Below, piece after piece: positions 1-11,484 of a stretch of DNA of 64,000 nucleotides. The notes under the pieces are model-generated. The model saw only the letters and a program-made list of their open reading frames with translations. It had not been told where the DNA came from and did no database searches. This DNA comes from Adineta vaga (Eukaryota > Animalia > Rotifera): positions 9,858,001 to 9,922,000 of the forward strand of contig CP075495.1 in NCBI GenBank assembly GCA_021613535.1, given 5' to 3'. Within the stretch, counting starts at the first letter, position 1, and every line of letters starts with the position of its first letter. A program made the translations under genes and the position numbers.

Positions 1-480
1 TAAATAATTCAATGTCATTCGTATTTCATCTCGTGTTAGAAAATTATCTTGATCTTTATCAACTCGACGAAATGCATTATGTAATTCATGAAATTCTTCA
101 ATTGTTAATATTTTCATATTACATTTGAGACATGATTGATGGACTAGTTGTAATGGAAATGATGATTGAACATTTGAAGAATTTGAATTCGGTGTTGAAA
201 CAATACTATTATCAATATTCTTCTCAAATGATGGTCGATGATCAGATCCATTTTCCGATATATCATTACAAGTCATCAAACGAAAAAGCATCTCAGTCAT
301 TTGTTCAGTGAGTAGTACAAGATATCGTTCAGGAACAAGTTCTCCAACTGAATATATACCATTCAATGAACTATTATTATCAACTATTGGTACATTGAAT
401 TTTGTCTTTTTTTCTTCTTCTTCTTCTTCTGTTGCTGTTTGAGAATTAAATTTTTGTTGAAACAAAGATGAACAACCCAT
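1..480 (-). CDS. EF-hand calcium-binding protein with N-terminal MGC acylation motif (5' part; runs off the window start)
   Basis: Open frame from ATG at 480 to base 1: MGCSSLFQQKFNSQTATEEEEEEKK...IEEFHELHNAFRRVDKDQDNFLTRDEIRMTLNYL. The EF-hand loop DKDQDNFLTRDE is preceded by a calmodulin-like helix. Not in the ORF track because there is no stop in the window. Confidence 0.8.
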   Translation of the reverse strand, partial: MGCSSLFQQKFNSQTATEEEEEEKKTKFNVPIVDNNSSLNGIYSVGELVPERYLVLLTEQMTEMLFRLMTCNDISENGSDHRPSFEKNIDNSIVSTPNSNSSNVQSSFPLQLVHQSCLKCNMKILTIEEFHELHNAFRRVDKDQDNFLTRDEIRMTLNYL

Positions 481-592
481 TTATCGACAGTTTACAAGAA
501 ATCTATTTATAGCGCCTTTTCATTTATATTCTAATTTGAATTAAAAAGGATGTTAATGACTCAAATTATCCATGATGGAAAATGAATGACTA

Positions 593-1789
593 CTAAAGAG
601 GACATTTTCTGTTTTCTTGTTTCAAATCAAAGACTAATTCATTTCGATATTTATCAAATCGAATAGAATGAATAGTATTGTTTTTATGATTGAACGATGA
701 GATAAGTTGTTCAATACAGTACGTTTCAAAACAATTTCGTTGTACCCAAGGATAATATGAATACAGTTCATGTGGTCGTGCTTGACCACTTGTAAATGAC
801 ATCGTCCGTTCATATTTATGTGAATAATTCTTTGCATAGTATAGTTTGTTCATTGTAGTCCATTGTTGCATTTCGAAAATAACTAATGGTTCTCGCGGAG
901 CCTATGAATCACGTATACAGAAATAAAATTCTATCGAAAATATGTTACATACTGGTAACCAAATTCGACCAAAAGGACGCCATACAAGTGGAAAGACATC
1001 ATGTTTTGCCATTGAACAATTCGTAATCAAATCTTCATCATAATCTGTTCGCCATATATGAGTTGAATTTTCATAAAAATAAAACACATCAATATAAGGA
1101 TACGACCATTTTTCAATGCCTGCTTGAGGTGACCATGAAAAATAGATTTTATCATAATTTCCTAATGAATCAGTAACATTCATGATAGTAATAATATTTC
1201 GAAGTTCTTTTTGCAAAAACTTGTACATTCGATGTCGATTATAAATTGAAATACGTAAATCAACATCATCATCCCATGGTAAAAAATCATGATGAGTATA
1301 ACTACCTGAATTGAGCTAGAAGATGAAATATAATTGAATCTAGTTTTTACCTAGTAATGTTCCAGCTACCATTAGATATTCAATTTGATGTCGTCGAAAG
1401 AATTGATCAAGAATACTGAGTAATTCTGTGTATACGTAATGATCACATGGAGTTAATCGACGTGGTAGATTAGGAGATGATTGCCAAGTAGAATAACGAT
1501 AAGGAATTTCATTCGATTGTTGTCTAGTAGAATTTAAAAATATCGGTAATGTTAAACGAATGTTTTGTTGAGAAACTAAATTTAATTGTTCATTCATTTT
1601 TTCATTTTCAATTCGTTGGTGAACTTTAAAACAGAAATAATTCGTTTCATATGTATTGCTGAATGATGGTTCTATATGATCATATTGTCTTCTATTGATA
1701 TCACTACTTGTTGATGGAAATAAATAGAATAACACAGCAAAACTGAAACAAAACAATGCAAATAGAATCGAATCGATGCGTCGTAGCAT
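593..1789 (-). CDS. LicD/fukutin-FKRP family nucleotidyltransferase-like type II membrane protein (3 exons)
   Basis: N-terminal TM (ILFALFCFSFAVLFYLF). Splicing the intron at about 1350-1306 joins YLMVAGTLLG to SYTHHDFLPWDDDVDLR, the LicD GTLLG...PWDxDxD signature. Later WSYPYIDVF and DVFPLVWRPFGRIWLP motifs. Second intron about 953-902. Confidence 0.85.
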
Positions 1790-2321
1790 TCTATTTCATA
1801 CAAAATATGTTGCTGAAAAAGTTGTATTTCATATTACAAAGTTATATGATAAATTATATACCGTCTTTTCTACACGTGGTTCTTATGTGATTGTTACGGA
1901 TGAATGCAAACGGCATGTACAAATGACCTTTCATGAAAAATAGAAACGAACAGTACGTATAATGATCTCAAAAAATATTGATATATGATAGTCTATATTT
2001 GATAGAGAATGATGAGACCAGTCATTTTTTCTATTACTCTTCTATTCAGTACATGTTATAGTAGTACAACTTTGATGATTCACATACATTCTTACATTAA
2101 TGAATGAAATTCGATGCTCATTTGTTTTTTCATTTACTTAATGTCATTGAATTGTTTTGAAAATAGATCGAGGTTTTATTCCATAATAAATGTTCATTAT
2201 TAATTTATTTTCCTTAAAGAAAGTAAATACTGCATATAAAAGAGAAAATAATCATTTTTTGAAAAATAATTCTTTACTTTATATTCATTCAAAATAAAAA
2301 CAAAACAAATAAGAGATGTTT

Positions 2322-3062
2322 TTAGAGAGTTCCAATTGTTGTTTTCTTTAGAATATCTTCATGTGGTTTCCAGTCTCCTCGATTACATAAAACATATTGA
2401 TATGAAATATTATTTGTCGTTTGAATTCGACCAAGAAGAAAATCTGCATAGGTAAGTGTAGTTTGTATTTTGAATAGAAGCATCTGTCGAAATATTCCTT
2501 CACAAGCACGATAAGCCATTGTATTTGGAGAAAAATCTAATTGAACAGTTAGATTGGATTGAAGAGTTCCTAATGGACGTAAATACATTTGATGATTGTA
2601 GATTTTCTGTGCAATTGGACCAATTGGTACAAGTTGATGTTCAACGGATGCTGTTATATTAATTAATCGTATGGGTACCCAATTATCTGAATGAATATTG
2701 GCTTGATGAAAAAATTTCAATTGATAATAACTTGAATTTCGAAATGAATCATCTGTCGCATCGATAACAATTGGATTTTGTAATGATAAGTGTACAGAAC
2801 GTGGAAGAATAGTTGCAATAACAGCCAGAGCAATAAGTGTACAAAAGATAATTGTTAATATAATCCATAAAAATGTATGTCGTCGTTTAAGACGAACGTC
2901 ATCAACAGGAATTAGAGCAACTAGACCAGGTGATGTTGAAACTGAACCAGTACCTTGACATGTTGGACATCGGCGATTAGTTGTAGTAGAATTATCTATT
3001 ATAGCAGGATTTAGAAGTGGTTCGTCGTCATCATTTGACATTGATGTTGTTGCTTCCGTCAT
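2322..3062 (-). CDS. TMEM106: TMEM106 family lysosomal type II membrane protein (intronless)
   Basis: CPTCQGTG followed by LVALIPVDDVRLKRRHT, one TM helix and an N-glycosylated luminal domain: the TMEM106 signature. Likely start is MTEATT at 3062. Confidence 0.9.
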   Translation of the reverse strand: MTEATTSMSNDDDEPLLNPAIIDNSTTTNRRCPTCQGTGSVSTSPGLVALIPVDDVRLKRRHTFLWIILTIIFCTLIALAVIATILPRSVHLSLQNPIVIDATDDSFRNSSYYQLKFFHQANIHSDNWVPIRLINITASVEHQLVPIGPIAQKIYNHQMYLRPLGTLQSNLTVQLDFSPNTMAYRACEGIFRQMLLFKIQTTLTYADFLLGRIQTTNNISYQYVLCNRGDWKPHEDILKKTTIGTL

Positions 3063-4004
3063 GTGTCTTGCGTAGTATTCTTCTGTATGCGTCTTTTTTT
3101 CCGTCGATTTTTTTTCCTTTCCTTCCAGATTTCTTTGGCCTGTTTGTATTTTCAGTTTCTTCTTTTTTTTTTCTTTCCCTACAACGCAATCCAACAACGA
3201 CAAATAATGTTTTCTTTTCTCTCTCTTTCTCTCTTTTGCTACATTCATCATCATCATCTGTGTAAGCTCACTCTCGCTCTCTTTTCTTATTGGTTTGAAA
3301 AAGTTCTTTTCTCATGCACTTTTCAACGACGATCTTGTTTTACTCAACATAGCTCATATGATGATGCGATAACATGCAACTGCACTCTCTGATGAAAAAA
3401 TGTAACACGCTGTTATTATTTTGTTACTTAACGATATTCTTTTATCTTCTTTTGTAAACAATTGTAGATTTACAAAATTGTATAAATTCATTTTCAAATG
3501 AAACAAAATACATATTAAAGGAAATTAATATTCTTGATGTTTTTTTTGTCTTTTAATTTCATAGATGTCACTTTAGTGCAATACTTTAAGAAAATACCAT
3601 TCTCAAGAGAAAAAACGCATTTCTATCAATCATTAATAAAAATGAATCTAACCTTAGCACTCATATTATTTTTAATGTACTTTTCAAGAATGATAAAATC
3701 TAGTTCATTATCATAGAACAATTCTCAACCTTATAATTGCTCTGATAGAAATACTTTCAAATATATGAAATAGTATCATAATTTTCTTTCTAATAGTTAA
3801 AATACCGAAACAAATTATATCGTATGTAGTTATTTTTTCATGTGAAAGTATTATTATAATAATATATTTGAATGAAAACATAATTTGGAAATGATTTTGA
3901 ATTTTTACAATAGTCTTAATTTTATTTACACAAAATTCGATTAAAATATTGTATCAATTCATTTTTTCTTTGTACATTTGAAAAAAGAAAAGAAGATTTC
4001 ATTA

Positions 4005-4920
4005 TTATGTATTCATTTCTCGTTGTTTAAGTAAACAAGCTCGTATTAAACATAAATGTTCAGCTGTAAGACTCTTGCTTTGTCGAATCATTGTATTAAG
4101 TGGAATAAATGATGGTAGACTTGGCATTGAATCAATAACTAAACGAATAAGTTCGAAATACTTTTTTCTTTTCAAATAAAAACTTACTCTTCCAACTATC
4201 TCCATTTCGACCATTGGCTGTTGATTCGAATATAACGAATATATCATGTGGTTTGAATGTTATTTGTAATTGTTTACCATCTAAATATTTAGTTTAAAAG
4301 AAAATGAAAGATCAAACTACATATGAAGCAAAAAAAAGAAACATACTACGTGAAAGATTAAAATCAGCTAATGATGAATATCGTTGTTTAATTAAATGAA
4401 AATTATCGATTAAATAAGCTTGATTATTGTTGATAAGCAATGGTGGTGGAATATTAGTTTCATTTTCAAGAGTTTTAAGTTGTTGTAATGATGAAAGATT
4501 TTCATTTTGTTTTTCATTATTCGTAATCAACGGCCATTTGACTTGAATTGTTTTTTCTTCTAATAGAAGAGAAGAACAAATGGATTTTATTAACAGAATT
4601 CTTGAAACAATTGGAAAGTATTTGATTTACTTACTGATTAAATTCGCGCTACGTACACGAAGATCTTCATCACGATATCGAGCTAAATTTGCTGAAAAAT
4701 AAACGATATCGACATTATTATATAAAGATTGTTCAGTTTATATAAACTAACCAGCAAATGTATCTTTCATCGTTGTGAGATATTTATGTTTAACCATATG
4801 ACTATGTGCACTAAGTGCATGTAATTGATTGAGTATTAATGAATGTTCCTCATCGATTTGAGCACGATAAGCTAATTCAGCATTTTCTAAGGATGCAAAA
4901 AGACGTTTTAATTCAGCCAT
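4005..4920 (-). CDS. Unknown protein (about 5 exons, helical N-terminus)
   Basis: Coding-like exons MAELKRLFASLENAELAYR..., ...KTIQVKWPLITNNEKQ..., GKQLQITFKPHDIFVIFEST... and IIDSMPSLPSFIPLNTMIRQ...EMNT*, separated by short GT-AG introns. Alternative start at 4977. No family recognised. Confidence 0.6.
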
Positions 4921-5074
4921 ATCACACTTTTTTCTATTCTTGTATTGTATGTGCGAGTGAAAACTCAACTGTTTCATCTATTGTCTTTGTCTTTGTTCCC
5001 TCAAAAAGAGTGAATTAACCAATAAGATTACGCGTGTCCGAAAGAAGACGCCAGTGGTCATCATCAATGCATTC

Positions 5075-7974
5075 TTATTTTAAATCAATGTTCTATTTTC
5101 GTTCTTCTTAGGCTTTTTTTATTTACGATAAGAAAAAAGAAAAGAGTTTTAAACTTGAATCTTATCATTAGTGACAGTACATTCCAAAGCTCCTCGTTGT
5201 CTCAAACGATTCCAAATGCAGACTATTTCATGAAGAGCAACATATTGTTCCTAAAATATAACCAAGAAATGTTCAAATAATTAGATTTGAATAAATGTGA
5301 TCTTACTAGAGACATTAAAGCATTCACACGTTGTTGACAAACATTAGTAACAAAGTTTTCAATAGCAACTCGATCATCGATTAATAAACGATCCAATATA
5401 TTTTGTACTATACAATAGAATGCGGCTTTCGTACCACCATTCCTAGGATATAGAGAAATAAATTTAAAAAAATAACTGTAGTTAGAATCGACAGCAAAAT
5501 CAATCATCACGATCTATCTCATATCGCTAATTCACTGTTTGTTCTATTTGCACAAATTGAATTAGAACAATATAGAGAAGTATTGTATAGAAATAAACAT
5601 TTGTCGAATTAAAATAATCAAAACCTGTGCTATTGATTTCTTAAATATTAAACTAACCGATCATGTACAACAAGTCCAAGTCGAGTAGGATCAAATTTCC
5701 TTTGATGATAGATGGATCGATCCACAAAACGAACAAATTGCTCTAAATTCTCCGGTACATATGTCTCATTATCCGTCCATTTACCAGTATATTCAAAAAC
5801 AAATATCTCCGATTCTCGTACAGTACTCTTGAAAGAAAAACAAATTCATTTGATCAAATCTTTTTAATTGACATACATGATTCACTTGTAGTTTATGTGA
5901 TCGATGACAACATCCAAATTTATTTTTCGATTTAGTAATAGGTAAAACATTCATTGAAATTTCATTTGTAGCAACAAATGCTGTTTCAGTATAATTTGAT
6001 GGTTCCATCTACAATGAAATATCTCATCTATTGTATTTTAAATCGTTTTATCTGTACAAAGATACCTGTTCGACTGCAATTATCATCGTTCTATATTCTT
6101 GTAAAAGCATTGAGAAGAATGGTTGTAAAGTAGATTTCAGTGGTTCCTGAGTTAAAATTGTACCTTTTGGTCCAATTACATTCTGTAATATCAGAAAAAA
6201 GGGTGTGTATCTATTCTATGAAACATCACCAATCTTACTGTAAGAGTTGATGCGTTAATATACATTGATTCACTAGGTGAATGAAGTATAACACGATTTT
6301 GATCATCTATAAAGAAGAAAATATCGAAAGATTTATTATTAAACAACAAAATCAAAAGCATACAAGGAACAAATCTTTGATCTCGATTATAATCTGAATA
6401 TTTTTTAGCCATAATTGTTGTAAAATATGTATCTAATTCAATACAATTATTTCGATTCTATCATACACAAAATATAGTGATCAGAAAAGACATTATCTAT
6501 CATAAGACAACTTACTTCATAGTCAGAATAAATAATACTATTTCTGGAATGTGCTGTTGGTAATGAACTTTGCCAATATTCAACAAAGTCATATACCGAT
6601 CGTCCATCACATGGATGTTTCGCAACTTCAGCCAAACATCGATATATAAATTCGTACTGTTCCTAAAACAAAACATTGTCAACATTATGAAAAACTCGAA
6701 CTACGAAATATGTACCACGGTTTGAACAAGATGTGCTCGATACAGACGCATTGTATCTACTAGTTGCTTTACATTTAACATTAAACGTTGTTCAAAAGTA
6801 CTGATTAAATAGTACAATGCAATAAAAACACCCGTTCGACCAATTCCTGCGCTAGAAACACAAATCTTATATTAATTATAATCAAAACGCGTGAATTCGA
6901 ATGAATCAAACCTGCAATGAACAAGTATTTGACTATTTTGATTACTTAACTCCCGTAATCTCATAACTAAACCAATCATTGATTGACAATCAGGTGGAAT
7001 ACCTTTATCAATAAAATGTGGATAATGAAATTGTTCACATTCATGAGCTATATTTGTTAACTGAAAAGATGATTAATTCATTTGTTAGTTAAGAATTTCA
7101 ATGCACTCTACTTTTGATTTAATACGTAATTTTCGACCGATATAACGATAAGCAGGAACAATTGCTGTTGTTCGAATTCGAAAATTTTTTGTCTCAATAA
7201 CTGAATTTGGTTTTTCAGAAAAATATGCTGCATGTTCTTCCTAGATTTTCGACGAACAAAAACTAATCATAAATAGAAAATAGACGAACTAACTGCATAA
7301 GTACGTATAATAGGATCATATGTATATGAAAGCATCACAATCACTGAAATTTCTTGCTCAACAATCATTCGAATAAAATCATCCAATGTATGATCAATGG
7401 GTCCTTAAAAACAAATGGAAAATTAAATTTTTCTTCAATGAGTAATCAATGACCTTGAGCTGCATAAAACATTCGAGAATTAGTTGCTTCACAGATATGT
7501 TCCTAAATTTAAAATTTGAATAAAAATATTTTTTAAGAAATATTTATATTTATTTCATACGGGAGGAATACAACGGATAATTGATGCATTAATATAATCC
7601 GAAGAATTAGTTGATTCTGTTTTTAAACGTACTCGACAATAGTCTTCATCATCTAAAACAAAACGAAAATTCATTCATAGAATTAATCATTGAAATCAAT
7701 CTGATTTATATCTAACATGGATGAATAGATGCATAACGGTTCTTTGGTTTATTAATTGGATTCGTTGCAATTGTTACACGATTGGTATCCATTTTTCGAA
7801 GACACTTGTGTGTAAAAAGCAAAAGAGCAGATTTTCTGATCAATCAATCATTTCAATACTCAAACATACATTGAATTCTTCTTCAAGAAGAAGACCATCA
7901 TCTGCTGTCAATGTTCGCCATTTTTTAACTGCATCATTAACTGAAAAATTATATGGATCTTGATATACGTCCAT
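5075..7974 (-). CDS. Tandem-domain (D1/D2) protein tyrosine phosphatase without signal peptide or TM; many short introns
   Basis: D1 has KNRYASIHPY, DYINAS, YAAQ/GP, QFHYPHFIDKGIP, ILVHCS/AGIGRTG and HLVQTV/EQY. D2 has YINAS, ILTQEPL and LVVHDR/NGGTKAAFYC (Cys to Asp). Start MDVYQDPY at 7974; the 3' end is approximate. Confidence 0.88.
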
Positions 7975-8887
7975 AGCAAATGCTTTATTTCGATAAAAAC
8001 AAAAGAATAAGAAAAGAAAGACACATGACACTTGTAAATCTTAATCGAACAACATTGATAAGCATATTTACACTGACAATATATATAGCAGAAATAATAT
8101 CATATTTTGCGTTCTGTTTTCTTTAGTTTTAATCAGTAAAATAAAATGAAATCCGTTATTCCTCGCAATAGATGACATTCGATATGTGTAAAGTGAATCA
8201 AGATAGTTTGTTTTTCTATAAATATATACGATGGATATAGATCATCTTTTGATCGCATTATAATATGTAAATAATAAGAAACAAGTTCATTCAAAAACAT
8301 TTTTCAATTCTTCTTGAACTTTCTCTTCATAACTAAGAAGAATTTCTTAACCTTCTCATGCAAACTTCCTATTTTTGCAACACAACAAACGTAATAATAA
8401 ATTCTCTTGTATCTTTAAATGTTTACCATTAGGATCTATTTATATATAGAGAATAATTGATCAAAACTATCCATTGCCGAGTGTAATCAAACCACACGGT
8501 TTTTTGTATCGTTCTTGTCACGAAATGTATTTTCTTTGATCAAATCAAATTTTCACAATTCTTTTACAATCGAAGAAACAAGTGGCAATTAACACATTTG
8601 TAGATAAAAATAAACTTGAACATCGATAGTATTTTCTTTGCTTCTTTTTTCTTAGATATTTCTTGTTACAAAATAAATAATCATCAATGTTTTCTTTGAG
8701 TCACCTATCGAAAATCACTTATTTTGTTTTATACAGACGAAATCAAATAGAAAAACTCCGAACATAAGAAAGAAAAAGAAACGTTATTTTCTTGTTTAAC
8801 TATCTGTAGGTAATATGTAGGAATATATTTTATTCCTGGACTTTTTTTCTCGCGTTCTATTCATTTACAAGCAAATTATATCTTGCA

Positions 8888-10598
8888 ATGTATTCGTTGA
8901 CTATCAGTTTGGTTCTACCATTGATATTCTGTCAAATCTATTCATGTCAAATCTCATCTATTCGTCTCGGTAATATTGAGATTAAAAGATTTAATTTTTA
9001 TTATGTTTTTTTTCTTGCATTTTTTTCTAGAACCGAAATTTGCAATATTGAATGCAACTACTAGTAGTACAATGAAATTTTTATGCTCAAAAAAACAAGA
9101 TGAGACACTTGAATTTGAAATTAGTCTATCACCGAATATATCTAAAGATGATGTCGAAATATCAGTGAAATATCTCGATCGTACGACGGTTGAAATAAAC
9201 ATGCAATCATTTGACTATATTGGTGCATTCCAACTTATTTGCACATTGAAAGAAAAGCAAAATTCCATTGCTCGTTCAGATATTCTTATTGGCAGTAGGA
9301 AATAATCAATTTTAATACTGAAATTTCATTTATTTATTTTAGAATCACCTGGTTCATTAATGCGTATTAAACGTTGTACTGTATACAATGATGAATATAT
9401 CGAATGTACAATAATGGCACCAGTCATGGTACAAGCTATGATGAATGGATTATCGAATGAAATAGACTTTCTTGAACTTCCTTTTTAGTTCGTAGATAAT
9501 TTTATTTTTATAATTTCTTAAAAGTTTTCTTTAGTTCACGACCAAGAATTTATCGAAGAAATCCAAAATTAGTTGCAATTGATTCTCTTAATCAAACATT
9601 GACATATCGATGGTATCCTGAATTTGTTGGTTATTTTCCATCAAAATTGAAAATGAATATTAGTGCAACAATACAACATTTCGGAACATCGACTTATCGT
9701 ATGGATATGACACCGAGTAAGATCTGTTTTTCTGTCGAAAATAATTCATATATTTTATTCTTTTGACAAAAACTAGTCTTTGAAATATCATCGAACTTCA
9801 ATGTAACAAATCTCACTTCTACAACATTTCAAATCGAATTCGATCATCGAAAATCATCATTCCTTACAACATGTCGTGGAAATATAACTAAGGAACAAAA
9901 TTTCGATTCAGATGTAATTGCTTGACGAATTCCGATTCTTTGAAATGAGTCATTTTTTTCTTCCGAGATAGGAAGTAGAAACCCGAATGCTTGGTGAATC
10001 GAATAATACAATTATTTATGCTAATGATTTATCTCCAAATACAGAATATCGATTATGTTTTCACTGTCGTCGTGAGAAACAATATGAGACAATAAGCAGT
10101 CACATCTGTCATCGATACAAAACGGCTGGATCATCGAGTAAATGTTATTTTGAAAAGTAATTCATTATTCATTGAAAATCATTCATTTAGGTTGGTTTTG
10201 GTTGGTTAATGCTAGTGTTATTATTGGTTGTTTAATATTAATTTGTATTGGTATATTGTGAGTATGAATTATTTCAATATGAATGTCTAATTTTGTTTTT
10301 CCTCAAAGATTATGGAAAAAATTGAACTGGAGTCAGGTGAAGAGAAAATTCGGACGATTATCTTTCGAAGTAAGATGTTTATTCCGAAAAATAAATCATA
10401 AAACTTTATAAAAACATATAAATCTGTAGAAAAAACCTGAGCATATCATTATTACGAACGCGAATCCTTCACCTTTGATATTACCTATGGTAATTTTCTT
10501 GCAAAAGAAAAAACAAATCATTTTTTTTTCTTATTATATATATTTTGTTCTAGATAACTGAAAATGAAGAAGAAATGATGATGAATTATTTGAAATAA
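8888..10598 (+). CDS. Single-pass Ig-like + FN3 receptor-like protein, paralog A (about 10 exons)
   Basis: Signal peptide MYSLTISLVLPLIFCQIYSC. Ig-like exon with two Cys (MKFLC...FQLIC). RCTVYNDEYIECTI module, FN3 signature DLSPNTEYRLC, TM WFWLVNASVIIGCLILICIGILLW and a short tail ending MMMNYLK*. Exons join in phase. Confidence 0.75.
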
Positions 10599-11484
10599 TG
10601 TGAATGTCTTATAATCAAGAAATCAAAATGATTCATATGTATTTTAATATCGTTTCTTTTTTTCATGGATTGAAATGGAATAAAAGACTTTCTTTCTCTT
10701 TCCCGAGGATGTAAGAGAAAAGAAAAGATCGTTGATTTCAATTACATTAGTTTACATTCAAAATAAAAGAAAGAAAAACTACAAAGACGAGAAAGAAACT
10801 TCTTTTTCCTCTCTAACAAGAGAAATACACTGAAGACAAGTCCTTTTTTTTGCTTGTGAATTTAATTACTCAAATTGATTTCTTCTGACAAAAAGTATTT
10901 CATCTACATATTGTTCTGAGCAATCGATGCAATACAAATGAAACAAATTTCATGAGAAGAAACATATTCTTGAGTAAATATTACCTCTAGAAAAAACTAT
11001 CCTATTCACTTTTTTTTAATTTCGTCGTTCTCAACTGAAATCGATGCACAGGTATTCCTACGTAAACATCATCGGTTTACAGGTTCTTTTTTCATCGTTT
11101 AAATAAAAGAAAAAAAAGTGTCGAATATTTTCTTTCCGTTCTTCTTCCTCAGTGTTTGGCAAATACTTGACCCTGAAGACAAAAGTACAGTGACGTATAG
11201 TTACTTTTTTCGCGGATAAACACAAACGATAATCGCTGAAAATACAATAGTTAATTTTAATGAAATTCCAATTAATTGTTAATATTCGACTGTCTAATCA
11301 CATTAGTTTCACTGTTGATTCTGTAAATAGAATAAAACTACATTAAATTCCTTTGACTCATTTAACTAGATGGTTTTCTTCTAGTTCATTTTTTTTTCTT
11401 CTATTAAACTCGTCGAAAAAGAAAATTGATGAAAACGAAAGAAATTGTATGTTTTCATTTTAAGTTCGTATTTCATAAAGAATA

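Noticed and set aside
3017-3392. Plus-strand Phe-rich ORFs and the Lys-rich N-terminal extension (3063-3257) of the TMEM106 ORF
   Set aside because: They derive from poly-T/poly-A and CT-rich 5' UTR or promoter sequence; the TMEM106-like sequence starts at Met 3062.
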